A DNA stretch of 59,227 nt, from the IMG/VR virus record IMGVR_UViG_3300020325_000007; one strand, written 5' to 3'. A program made the translations under genes and the position numbers. Below the pieces are notes generated by a model. It saw only the letters and a list, made by a program, of their open reading frames with translations. It was not told the origin of the DNA and did not search any database. Below, one piece after another: positions 38,478 to 47,339 of the stretch (its first letter is position 1; every line of letters begins with the position of its first letter). This DNA comes from an uncultured virus (IMG/VR IMGVR_UViG_3300020325_000007) (lineage: Duplodnaviria > Heunggongvirae > Uroviricota > Caudoviricetes).

Positions 38478-38621
38478 ATGGCAAAGAGACAAGGATTAGG
38501 GTCTTCAACTTATTACGATAAACCAAGAAAGAAGCGCCCTGGAATTCACTCTAAGACAAAAACGTCAAGGAGTAAACATAGTAAACACTATAAAAAACCA
38601 TATAGAGGCCAAGGGAGATGA
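38478..38621 (+). CDS. 47-aa very basic peptide ending YRGQGR (not in the ORF track)
   Basis: MAKRQGLGSSTYYDKPRKKRPGIHSKTKTSRSKHSKHYKKPYRGQGR; ATGA overlap with the next gene. Confidence 0.7.
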   Translation: MAKRQGLGSSTYYDKPRKKRPGIHSKTKTSRSKHSKHYKKPYRGQGR

Positions 38622-39265
38622 AATTAAGTGATATACTCAGTTTAAAATCCATGAGATTCATGGACGAACCAAGAGAGAAGGATATAAAAGTCATTAGACA
38701 AAAACCAAACCTTCTTCAAGGATTCCCTATTGAGTATTTCAAAGGTAACCCACCACCTCAGAATGATTCATCAAAAGTAAAGATAGAATTAAGGAAGTTA
38801 AGTGACCTTCCTCACGATATAGATTTTGTAAAAGAGATGGATGACATCTCTAAAGTATTTAAAAACTACTGCGATATACAAGGATTAGATTTTCCCGAAT
38901 CCTTGGTAGACCAACTATTAGAAGACAGTAGAATATTCACAAGAACACTAAAGATTCACTATAATAGACCAAGACCATATCAGGTTGCTGACCATCCGTT
39001 AGTAAACATAGATATTGGAAAAGAGGCGTACATGGAGTCAATGAACACTCCATCGTATCCAAGTGGTCATTCCTGTCAGGGAATACTTATAGCGAAAGTA
39101 ATGTCAGATATGTACCCTGACCACGAGTATAATTTTATGAGTTTGGGTAGAGATATTTCAAGAAGTAGAAATATAGGAAGAGCACATTACGAAACCGATT
39201 CAAAGTTCGGTATGAAGTTAGGATATTCAATGTATGATTATCTAAAGAAAATGAAAAGGTTATGA
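38618..39265 (+). CDS. PAP2 / class A acid phosphatase superfamily protein
   Basis: K..YNRPRP, PSYPSGH, SR....AHY..D. Confidence 0.85.
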   Translation: MKLSDILSLKSMRFMDEPREKDIKVIRQKPNLLQGFPIEYFKGNPPPQNDSSKVKIELRKLSDLPHDIDFVKEMDDISKVFKNYCDIQGLDFPESLVDQLLEDSRIFTRTLKIHYNRPRPYQVADHPLVNIDIGKEAYMESMNTPSYPSGHSCQGILIAKVMSDMYPDHEYNFMSLGRDISRSRNIGRAHYETDSKFGMKLGYSMYDYLKKMKRL

Positions 39266-39290
39266 TATTTATATCGTAGGAGAAATTAGT

Positions 39291-39833
39291 ATGAAAAAAT
39301 TATTAGTATTTTTAAGTGTTTTGTCATTTTTATTTATTTCCTGTGAAAAGGAAGAGATATTAGAACCTGTATTAGAGATTTCACTTGACGGTGAGTCTTT
39401 TGACCCAAATGAAAGATACGCACAAATCAAATCATTTGGTGGTGTAAAATACGATGGTGATATTATCAAAAAGATATTTATCCTTTATCTACAAGTAGAT
39501 GATGGAGAACCAAGATTGGACAGACAACACTTTGCATTATACGTCTTAGATTCAGACGGTGACGATAATGGAGCGTTGTTAGACATTGGAACCTATACTT
39601 GGGAAAACCCTGATAACAAATATGCAGGAGTTGAGATTCCAGGCGACCAAGAATATGTTGTTTGGAATAATGTTCAAGTCATGGATGTACATGACGGACT
39701 AATTTGTTTAGACGCCGAAGGTGAATTTTACAATCCATATATTCAAAGAAATATGACTGTGGATTTAAGATTAGAAAACTATCCAATTGGATTGGATATA
39801 AACGCAACACCTTATGGTTACTTATTAGATTAA
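39291..39833 (+). CDS. Lipoprotein
   Basis: MKK, hydrophobic core, FISC lipobox followed by EKEE. Confidence 0.7.
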   Translation: MKKLLVFLSVLSFLFISCEKEEILEPVLEISLDGESFDPNERYAQIKSFGGVKYDGDIIKKIFILYLQVDDGEPRLDRQHFALYVLDSDGDDNGALLDIGTYTWENPDNKYAGVEIPGDQEYVVWNNVQVMDVHDGLICLDAEGEFYNPYIQRNMTVDLRLENYPIGLDINATPYGYLLD

Positions 39834-39843
39834 GGAGTAACAG

Positions 39844-40176
39844 ATGGAAGAACAGGAAAATGTATTAGGTGAAAAGTCTAAGGTACAATTAGACATTAAA
39901 GCATTGATAGGGATGGTATTAGGTATCATCTCTATCGCAGGTGTTTGGTTTAGTTTAACAGCAGAGATTTCTCAATTACAATTAGATGTAATTAGAATGC
40001 AAGATGATGTTGAATTAAATCACGAGTTCAGAGTAAAGTGGCCACGAGGTGAGATGGGTGCATTACCTGATGACGCAAAACAAGACCTTAGAATCGAATA
40101 CTTACAAAAAGAAGTAGACGAACTAAGAAAAACAGTAAAAGAATTAGAAATCGAGAATGCTAAAATGGGTAAATGA
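39844..40176 (+). CDS. Single-TM coiled-coil membrane protein
   Basis: TM followed by coiled coil; N-terminus similar to 37755. Confidence 0.6.
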   Translation: MEEQENVLGEKSKVQLDIKALIGMVLGIISIAGVWFSLTAEISQLQLDVIRMQDDVELNHEFRVKWPRGEMGALPDDAKQDLRIEYLQKEVDELRKTVKELEIENAKMGK

Positions 40177-40343
40177 TGAGAAAGAAAATGATAGCATTAT
40201 CGTTAAGTTCAATACTAATGTTTGGTTGTGGTGTGACTAAACCAATGTCACCCGTAACAGAACAAGAACATCATGAAAATGTATTAAATGGTGTTTTATT
40301 TGGATTGATAACTTACGCGATATTTAGTAGTATAAAATTATGA
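40173..40343 (+). CDS. 56-aa putative lipoprotein with C-terminal hydrophobic helix (not in the ORF track)
   Basis: MMRKKMIALSLSSILMFG-C...VLNGVLFGLITYAIFSSIKL; ATGA overlaps at both ends. Confidence 0.6.
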   Translation: MMRKKMIALSLSSILMFGCGVTKPMSPVTEQEHHENVLNGVLFGLITYAIFSSIKL

Positions 40344-40720
40344 TAAAATTAAAAGAAATATTGAACGAAGGAAAGAAATCACTAAATGAGATGGTACACT
40401 TTTATGGAAAAGCAAAAGTTGTACTTCAATCAAATGCAAAAGATGCCAAATTACCATCTCAACAAGTTGAGTTTAGATTTAATTATTCAAAACCTGATTT
40501 CTTAGGTAAAGGTCCAACTTTAACCTGTATTCCTGCAAGTTCAAAAGATTTAGATAAGATTGATACTTTAGGTAGTATATCAAAAGATGATATTTGTAAA
40601 CAATTAGCAGAGTTCGCATCGAAGAAAACAAAACAAACATTTGTTCCCATTGAATACAGACATCTTGACCAATATGCAATTGCGCTAGATATAGAACCTA
40701 TTTTAAAGAAAATCAAATAA
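40340..40720 (+). CDS. Hypothetical, probable virion-internal protein
   Basis: N-terminal MIKLKEILNE..SLNE leader. Confidence 0.55.
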   Translation: MIKLKEILNEGKKSLNEMVHFYGKAKVVLQSNAKDAKLPSQQVEFRFNYSKPDFLGKGPTLTCIPASSKDLDKIDTLGSISKDDICKQLAEFASKKTKQTFVPIEYRHLDQYAIALDIEPILKKIK

Positions 40721-40743
40721 TCAATAAAAAGGAAAGAGGAGAT

Positions 40744-41106
40744 ATGTTTAAGGATAAAGAGTTAAGAGGATATATAGGAGCAGCCACAGTATTCATACTT
40801 GTGATGGGACTTTTATTGTTTTTAGCATTTTTTGAGATACCTGAAACTAATAACGATATATTCAAAGTAATTGTCGGTATGTTAGTTGGTTCATTATCAG
40901 TTGTTATCTACACTTTTATAGGTAAGAATCCTGAAGAGGTAGAAGCGTTAAAAGCGAAGAATGAAGCGTTGGAAGACAAAGTATCTGCAATGGTTGTCGA
41001 AAAAGACAAGTTAGAGAAACTATTGAGAGACATTCAAACTGAAGTTATAGATAAGTTATCTATTACAGGTGAGAAGTTTAAGTTTCAAAACACAACTAAA
41101 AAATAA
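40744..41106 (+). CDS. Two-TM plus coiled-coil membrane protein
   Basis: Two hydrophobic helices then a heptad-rich tail. Confidence 0.6.
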   Translation: MFKDKELRGYIGAATVFILVMGLLLFLAFFEIPETNNDIFKVIVGMLVGSLSVVIYTFIGKNPEEVEALKAKNEALEDKVSAMVVEKDKLEKLLRDIQTEVIDKLSITGEKFKFQNTTKK

Positions 41107-41109
41107 AAA

Positions 41110-42192
41110 ATGAGTGACAGAGTAGCAAGAAAAAAAGGACAACATAGAGGGTCATCCTCTCATTCAGATTTGTATACGGATGAAAATCCAAAAGGTACAA
41201 TTCATGGATTAAAGTTTGCTACTCAAAAAGACGCAGCGGCCTCTGTAAATAAAATAAGGTCAAGTGGTAAAAGTCACGCACATAAAATACAAGCTGCTAT
41301 CGCAATGGAACAAAGAGCGAAAGCAGCTGGTAAAGTGTCAGCAGCAGGTGAATATAGAAAATTCATAAATATGATGAAAAAGAAGACTAAAAAAATGAAC
41401 GAGAACATAGTATTACCTATAAAGGTTGGGGATACGATTTTGACAGGTAGGTTCAAAAACAAAAGAACTACCGTTAAATCAATCGGTAAGGACGATTATG
41501 GTATGCCAACAATCAATGGTAGGAAAGTAGTCAACTTTAGAATCGTAAAAGAATCTGTAGAAGTAGAGTTCCCTGAAGATATGCCACAAGATGAATCAAT
41601 AAATGAACAAAGACCAATACCTATGGACACTCCAAATGAGTTCGTATACATGGATTTCAAAAAATGGGTGTACAAGAACAGGAAAAAGGTCAAGAACATG
41701 ATGTTGAAACAAAAAGGTGATTCGACTAAAATGTTTTTAATATTATCAGCGTTGTGGTATAAATGGGCAACAAAAAGTGCACCAAACTTTACTTCTATAA
41801 AAGATAAAAAGAAATTTGGTAGAGCGTTAATGGTTTTGATGGTAGATGACAATTTGATATTTGACAAAGACACATACAAGAAAACTAATAGAATCACTCA
41901 AGTCAAAGAAATCAACTATGACAATCTTGGAAACAAATGTCCAGGCCCTGTAACATTAGATGGTAGATGTTTACATGGTAGAAATACTTACCAAAAAGAA
42001 GGTGAAGAGATAAACGAGATTGGTATCTTCAAAATCAGTCAGTTTACAAAAGGAATCATTCCACAGGGAAGATTAGATACACATACACCTCAAAAGAAAA
42101 AAGAAGCAATAAAACTTATCAAGAACTTCCATAGTATGTTAAATGCGTTTTGGAGAGAAAACGACATTCCTTTTAGAGCAAGATTAAAATAA
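41110..42192 (+). CDS. Modular basic protein, candidate protease-processed polyprotein
   Basis: Compositionally distinct segments separated by MNE, VKE, INE, VKE, INE. Confidence 0.55.
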   Translation: MSDRVARKKGQHRGSSSHSDLYTDENPKGTIHGLKFATQKDAAASVNKIRSSGKSHAHKIQAAIAMEQRAKAAGKVSAAGEYRKFINMMKKKTKKMNENIVLPIKVGDTILTGRFKNKRTTVKSIGKDDYGMPTINGRKVVNFRIVKESVEVEFPEDMPQDESINEQRPIPMDTPNEFVYMDFKKWVYKNRKKVKNMMLKQKGDSTKMFLILSALWYKWATKSAPNFTSIKDKKKFGRALMVLMVDDNLIFDKDTYKKTNRITQVKEINYDNLGNKCPGPVTLDGRCLHGRNTYQKEGEEINEIGIFKISQFTKGIIPQGRLDTHTPQKKKEAIKLIKNFHSMLNAFWRENDIPFRARLK

Positions 42193-42193
42193 A

Positions 42194-42226
42194 TTTGGAA
42201 TTCTCATAAATTTTTTGTATATTTAT
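42194..42226 (+). promoter_or_regulatory. Putative -33/-7 promoter overlapping a TATTTAT motif
   Basis: TTTG(42194)-N20-TATATTTA(42218). Confidence 0.6.
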
Positions 42227-42241
42227 ACTAAAGGATAAATT

Positions 42242-42811
42242 ATGGGTAGAATATTAAGAGTTTTTGATTTCGATGATACACTTGCAAAAAGTGTAGCATA
42301 TATCTATGTAAAAGGTAAAGACGGAAAAGAAATAACTTTGTCACCTGCACAATATGCAAAATATAAACCCAAAAGAGGTGATGAGTTTGATTTCAGAGAT
42401 TTTAACAGTATGTTGAACAAACCGAGAGTAATTAAGAAAAACTTCAAATTACTTCAACAGATGTTAAAGAACCCCAATAAAAAAGTTACGATACTTACTG
42501 CAAGAGCATTAGGATTCCCAATCAGAAAGTTTTTTAAAGATGAATATGGATTAGATGTATATCCTGTCACATTAGCAAGTAACAATCCAAAAGATAAAGC
42601 AGATTGGATTGAAAAACATATTGCAAAAGGTTACACTGATATCGCATTTATGGATGACTCACTTAAAAATGTAAGAGCAGTACAACAGTTACAGAGAAAA
42701 TATCCTGACGTAAGAATCAAGTCTGTACTTGCTGTTGAACATTTATCACCGAGTCAAAGAAAGAATTTGATAGAAAATCATATAGAAGAGTTGTCTAAGA
42801 CATATTTATAG
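42242..42811 (+). CDS. HAD-superfamily phosphatase
   Basis: VFDFDDTL, LTAR, K, FMDDS. Confidence 0.8.
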   Translation: MGRILRVFDFDDTLAKSVAYIYVKGKDGKEITLSPAQYAKYKPKRGDEFDFRDFNSMLNKPRVIKKNFKLLQQMLKNPNKKVTILTARALGFPIRKFFKDEYGLDVYPVTLASNNPKDKADWIEKHIAKGYTDIAFMDDSLKNVRAVQQLQRKYPDVRIKSVLAVEHLSPSQRKNLIENHIEELSKTYL

Positions 42812-42827
42812 AGAAATAGGATATACA

Positions 42828-43211
42828 ATGGCAGCTACAAACAAAGACATTTTAGAGAACATTCTACAAGAATTGTCGTCTATGAAAACTAAACTCCCAA
42901 ATGGCGAGTTAAAAAGAATGGAGACAACGATTATAGAGATGAAGGAAAATTACACAGACATCAAAGAAGATTTATCTGATATTAAATACACATTACTAAA
43001 TCCTGAGAATGGTGTAATAGTCAGAGTAAATAAAAACACTGAAGTAAGAGAAGAAATGGAAGAAGTTCCTGACAGAGTTTTAGAGTTAGAAAACGAGTTA
43101 GAAAAACTTCAAGAATGGAAATCAACTGTCTCGAGAGCACTTTGGGTACTATTTAGTGGACTAATTGGTCTTTTAGGGTGGATTTTTTCCGAAGCAATAG
43201 GTAAAATTTAG
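42828..43211 (+). CDS. Coiled-coil protein with C-terminal TM helix
   Basis: Heptad-rich body, ALWVLFSGLIGLLGWIF tail. Confidence 0.6.
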   Translation: MAATNKDILENILQELSSMKTKLPNGELKRMETTIIEMKENYTDIKEDLSDIKYTLLNPENGVIVRVNKNTEVREEMEEVPDRVLELENELEKLQEWKSTVSRALWVLFSGLIGLLGWIFSEAIGKI

Positions 43212-43237
43212 TTTTATTAACTTTCCAAATTATATTT

Positions 43238-43447
43238 ATGGATAACTATGTAGACAAAGCGATAGATGAGGTTTACGACATACTGTTGTACAACCCAACT
43301 TATATTGACAAGTCTACTAAAAAAAGAGTATTAAAGAAGATGATGGACCACTATCTCGAAGTAGAAGAATACGAGAAGTGTAAGCATGTTCAAGAACTCA
43401 TGGATATGTTGGAGAGAACAAATGAAAATAGTAGTAAAAAGTCTTGA
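43238..43447 (+). CDS. Small protein with a UVR-like motif
   Basis: YLEVEEYEKCKHVQEL resembles the UvrB/UvrC-type E.YE.A..I motif. Confidence 0.5.
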   Translation: MDNYVDKAIDEVYDILLYNPTYIDKSTKKRVLKKMMDHYLEVEEYEKCKHVQELMDMLERTNENSSKKS

Positions 43448-43622
43448 TAATTTATTATCGAGTACTAAAGAATTAGGTAACAAAATTTTATATGTAGTAA
43501 CAGATGAGCCAGGTGGGACCAAAGTAGCAGCAGAGATTTGTCACGAAGTCGAGGTTCCAATTTACATCACAAAGTTTAAAAACAAGTACGATATAGAAGA
43601 AGTAATTTATTACGATTTATGA
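43422..43622 (+). CDS. Hypothetical protein
   Basis: Operonic ORF; its Pro-Gly codons follow the window-wide GCCAGG rule. Confidence 0.5.
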   Translation: MKIVVKSLDNLLSSTKELGNKILYVVTDEPGGTKVAAEICHEVEVPIYITKFKNKYDIEEVIYYDL

Positions 43623-43870
43623 CATACGGGGAAAGAAAAAAAACCTTATATTTATTAAATGATAACGTGAATAGTTTTATGGATGTCATAAATGTTTTGA
43701 AAAAATATATGTCATATCCAACTACTCAGGGTCAGTCAATAGCAAATATAGTTCATACAACAGGTCGTTGTAATATATTTACAGGTGATGAATTAATCGT
43801 TGACCATTATTATGAACTATTTATTAAAAACGGATTTAATGTGGAAGTAGATTACTATGAAGAAGACTAA
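43619..43870 (+). CDS. clpS: ClpS-like N-degron adaptor
   Basis: LLND.VNSF..VI..L, Q..SIA..VH..G.C....G. Confidence 0.7.
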   Translation: MTYGERKKTLYLLNDNVNSFMDVINVLKKYMSYPTTQGQSIANIVHTTGRCNIFTGDELIVDHYYELFIKNGFNVEVDYYEED

Positions 43871-44039
43871 CATACCATCAAAAGGTTTAGGTGACACCAT
43901 AGCTAAAATCACATCAGCAACTAAATTAGATAGGTTGGCTGAGAAAATCGCAGAAGTCGCAGGAGCAGATGATTGCGGATGTGACAAAAGACGTGAAAAA
44001 TTAAATAGGATGTTTCCGTACAACGGAGTTAAAAAATGA
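43857..44039 (+). CDS. Small phage protein with CGC motif
   Basis: SKGLGDTIAKIT...DCGCDKRREKLN. Confidence 0.6.
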   Translation: MKKTNIPSKGLGDTIAKITSATKLDRLAEKIAEVAGADDCGCDKRREKLNRMFPYNGVKK

Positions 44040-44950
44040 GTTGGAATATAAAAGATTTCATATTAGAAGTAATTAACGAAGAACAACTTGACGAAAAGTT
44101 AATGGTTTACAATAACAGAAAACCATACGGTCAGGTAGTATTCTTAGCAGGTGGAGCAGGTTCAGGTAAAGGATTCGCATCAAATCACTTTTTAGATAAA
44201 GAAATGTTCAAGGTTCGTGATGTCGATAAAATGAAAAAACAATTACAGATTCTAAATAGAATGGGTAAAATCGATATAGATGGAATCATAAAGAAGTTTG
44301 GTAAAAACATACCAGCAAAAGAAATAGAAAATATTAGAAGTATTCAATCACAAGGATTTCAATTAAGAAACTTACAACTGAAACAACCTAACCACGTTAG
44401 AGCATTACATCAGTTAGTAAAAGCAATGGGTATCAAAGATAGTTCATTAGAAAAACTATTTGTAGGTAAAGATAATCCTGAGACACTTCCTAATATTATG
44501 TTTGATATTACAGCAAAAGATGTTTCAGATATTACGAAGGTAGTTCCTATGTTAAAGAAGGCAGGATACCAATCTAAAAATGTTCACTTAACGTGGATTC
44601 TTACTAACTTCGTAACTGCAATGGAAAACAACAAACAAAGAGAGAGAATGGTACCTGAGGATATTTTATTAAAAACTCACGAAGGTGCAGCAAACACTGT
44701 TTGGGGATTGATAACAAAAGCAATGCCAAAGGGTGTAAACGGTAGAGTAGACGTAATTCTAAACAATCCAAAACATACAGTCAAATATAAAGACAAAGAC
44801 GGAAACGAGGTTGAAGGAATTGCAAAAGGATTTTTATCTCTACCCGTGAAGAAAGAAGGTGGGAGTATATTACCTGAGAAAGTTTGGAAGGAAAAACTTT
44901 TCAATTGGGTGAAAAATAACGCTCCTGATAGTATAACAAAGTATATGTAA
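44036..44950 (+). CDS. P-loop kinase-like protein (zeta-toxin/AAA_33-like) with acidic leader
   Basis: VVFLAGGAGSGKG, MFDIT, A..NN..RER.VP. Confidence 0.65.
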   Translation: MSWNIKDFILEVINEEQLDEKLMVYNNRKPYGQVVFLAGGAGSGKGFASNHFLDKEMFKVRDVDKMKKQLQILNRMGKIDIDGIIKKFGKNIPAKEIENIRSIQSQGFQLRNLQLKQPNHVRALHQLVKAMGIKDSSLEKLFVGKDNPETLPNIMFDITAKDVSDITKVVPMLKKAGYQSKNVHLTWILTNFVTAMENNKQRERMVPEDILLKTHEGAANTVWGLITKAMPKGVNGRVDVILNNPKHTVKYKDKDGNEVEGIAKGFLSLPVKKEGGSILPEKVWKEKLFNWVKNNAPDSITKYM

Positions 44951-44957
44951 AACGTAA

Positions 44958-45104
44958 ATGAGCAACATTAAAAATCAAGACAACGGAAATACACAACTAA
45001 ATCAAGTCCGTAACGATTTCAACGACAGAGTAGCAGGTAAAAAGTTCTTAGGAGCGACTCCAAGAGTACATTGGAATCAATCGAGAAGATTTAGAACGAT
45101 TTAG
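44958..45104 (+). CDS. 48-aa peptide (not in the ORF track)
   Basis: MSNIKNQDNGNTQLNQVRNDFNDRVAGKKFLGATPRVHWNQSRRFRTI; fills the gap between two genes. Confidence 0.55.
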   Translation: MSNIKNQDNGNTQLNQVRNDFNDRVAGKKFLGATPRVHWNQSRRFRTI

Positions 45105-45119
45105 ATTTAGAAAGTAGTT

Positions 45120-45704
45120 ATGAGAGTAAACGCATTTATCATAGATGAGTTCTATAGTAATGTCGATGAAGTAAGACAGTTTGCATTAGAACAAGATTTC
45201 AGTGTACGAGGAAACTATCCAGGCCCTCGAACCAAATCATTTTTAAACGATTCAGTAAAACAAGTAATTAATGATGTTATCTCACCAAGATGGGGTAATG
45301 TTATATTTTGGGGTGACGAAGAATATACAGGTTCGTACCAATTTACAACATCAAGAGATAGAAGTTGGATTCACTGTGACCAAACAACAAGATGGGCAGG
45401 TGTTTGTTTTTTAACACCAAATGCACCACTCAGTTCGGGAACAGGTATTTTTAAACACAAACCTACAGGATTAATAGAATGTCCTCGATTAGAAAATGGT
45501 GAAACAGACCGTGAGTTATTAGATAAAATATATAAAGATTCACAAGATTATACAAAATGGGAACTTGTAGATAAATTTGCGAATATATATAATAGACTGA
45601 TAATTTATAGAGGTGATTTCTTTCATCAATCATTAGATTATTTTGGTCAAGATAAATATGATGGAAGGTTGTTCCAAACATTCTTTTTTAATACGGAGAA
45701 ATAA
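45120..45704 (+). CDS. 2OG-Fe(II) oxygenase-like (DUF6445-like)
   Basis: IIDEFY, YPG.RT, WIHCD, GT.IF, YNRL.IY, FH.S, RL.Q.FF. Confidence 0.75.
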   Translation: MRVNAFIIDEFYSNVDEVRQFALEQDFSVRGNYPGPRTKSFLNDSVKQVINDVISPRWGNVIFWGDEEYTGSYQFTTSRDRSWIHCDQTTRWAGVCFLTPNAPLSSGTGIFKHKPTGLIECPRLENGETDRELLDKIYKDSQDYTKWELVDKFANIYNRLIIYRGDFFHQSLDYFGQDKYDGRLFQTFFFNTEK

Positions 45705-46237
45705 TGGATAGAATAGTTCAAGAGGTTTTATTTACAGATAGTGAATGTCAAAGTCTAATAGATGGTGTAACTGAATGGAATTCAGCAACGTTAGTCCAAA
45801 AAGGACAGGGTACTGAAATCAACTACGGATACTCAGATGATTCACATAGAAAAGCATCTGAAGGTAAGTATGAACTTTCTGATTCATTAAAGACGATGTT
45901 ACTAAATAAAATAGGAAAGTGGAACATTCAAGGTCTACTAAGTACAGCAAGAATCAATAAGTACGAAACAGGTAACTATTTTAAAAAACACGTTGATAAA
46001 ACCAAAAGACTATACTCAGATAGATTAAAGACTCTAATTATTAATCTTTCAAACCCAAGTGATTTTGAGGGTGGGGGATTAACACTGTATCACGGGACTG
46101 AACAAACTGTTATGAATACAACAAGAGGAAACGTCATAATATTTGATTCAGATATAAAACACGAGGCACATACCGTAACATCGGGTGTACGATATACATT
46201 TACAACTTGGTTAACTTCTCATCACATTACTCTATGA
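45704..46237 (+). CDS. 2OG-Fe(II) oxygenase (prolyl-4-hydroxylase-like)
   Basis: Y..G.YF..HVD, FEGG.L, HEA..V.SG.R. Confidence 0.85.
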   Translation: MDRIVQEVLFTDSECQSLIDGVTEWNSATLVQKGQGTEINYGYSDDSHRKASEGKYELSDSLKTMLLNKIGKWNIQGLLSTARINKYETGNYFKKHVDKTKRLYSDRLKTLIINLSNPSDFEGGGLTLYHGTEQTVMNTTRGNVIIFDSDIKHEAHTVTSGVRYTFTTWLTSHHITL

Positions 46238-46881
46238 TAGACCCACTCAAAAGAGGTGCAAATATAAGTCACAAATATAAATTCGTTTGGACCGCACCTG
46301 CTAAAGTAGCATCAAGGTCGGTAAAAGATGTTTTTAGAAAGTATTGTAATTTGAATCCTGATTGGCCCTCTGATGAACATACATCTGATTTTACTCATGT
46401 AAACAATTGGCCTGAATTAGCAGGTAAAGATTATATGCATATTGCAAGTATTAGACATCCATATTATAGGTGGTTAAGTTATTGGAAGTATGGATATGGT
46501 GGTGAACTTCACGAAATGATAGACCCAAAAAATGGACCAATTGAATGTTTACAAAATATGTCACAGGATTGGATAAATGGTTGGGGACTTTGGAATCTAA
46601 TAAATAATACATCAAAACAAATAGATTTTCTAATTAGAGCGGAAAATCTTGAAGTATCTTTAAAAAAACTTTGGTTTATCCCTGAAGATGTTGTGGTACC
46701 AACTGTTGGTAAAACTTATACACCACCGATTCCATTCGATGAAGAACACCTCAGACAAGTATGTTATGATAGATTTCTTGATGACTACATAAACTTTGGA
46801 TACATGAAAGATGAAAAACATTATCAGTGGGAACCACCCAATGAGATATCAAATCCACAATTTAAACACAGAAAAATTTAA
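46234..46881 (+). CDS. Sulfotransferase-like protein (Sulfotransfer_2 type)
   Basis: 5'-PSB PAKVASRS, 3'-PB IRHPY.R.LS.W, IR.ENL, D...FGY. Confidence 0.7.
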   Translation: MIDPLKRGANISHKYKFVWTAPAKVASRSVKDVFRKYCNLNPDWPSDEHTSDFTHVNNWPELAGKDYMHIASIRHPYYRWLSYWKYGYGGELHEMIDPKNGPIECLQNMSQDWINGWGLWNLINNTSKQIDFLIRAENLEVSLKKLWFIPEDVVVPTVGKTYTPPIPFDEEHLRQVCYDRFLDDYINFGYMKDEKHYQWEPPNEISNPQFKHRKI

Positions 46882-46933
46882 CATAAATTTAACATTAAAA
46901 ATTTGGAATTGTCACAAATTATGACGATATTAG
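46877..46933 (+). promoter_or_regulatory. Promoter with tandem TTTAACA boxes
   Basis: TTTAACA(46877)-N4-TTTAACA(46888)-N7-TTTG(46902)-N20-GATATTAG(46926). Confidence 0.72.
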
Positions 46934-46952
46934 TAGTGTAAGATTAAGAGAT

Positions 46953-47339
46953 ATGAAAAAATCAAAAGTTCAAGAAATAATTAACGAGGTTCTTCCAAAG
47001 ATAGAGAACCATTATGGATTCTCAAAGTTCCAAGAGTGTACTCCTTATGTTGAGTTACACAAAAACATTTACGAAAAGTATAGTGGTGAAGAAGGTTCTG
47101 ATGGTGAGGAGAGTGGATGTCACGCTGAGTATTGTAGTGATATGAATGAGATTACTGTTTACTATCCTAATATGAAAAGTAAGAAGATGGTTATTCAGAC
47201 TTTGATTCACGAATACATTCACTACTTACAATCACCGATTTGGTTCAAAAGATATTACAATATGGGTCACGATTATGTATCTCACCCATATGAAAAAGAA
47301 GCAATAAGTTACGAAAAAGATTACATAAAGTTTATATAG
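46953..47339 (+). CDS. Zincin-like metallopeptidase domain protein
   Basis: TLIHEYIHYLQ and HPYE.EA. Confidence 0.7.
   Translation: MKKSKVQEIINEVLPKIENHYGFSKFQECTPYVELHKNIYEKYSGEEGSDGEESGCHAEYCSDMNEITVYYPNMKSKKMVIQTLIHEYIHYLQSPIWFKRYYNMGHDYVSHPYEKEAISYEKDYIKFI

Noticed and set aside
44958..46881. RiPP cluster with the 48-aa peptide as precursor
   Set aside because: No leader motif, RRE, peptidase or exporter is visible, and similar enzyme cassettes occur elsewhere without a peptide
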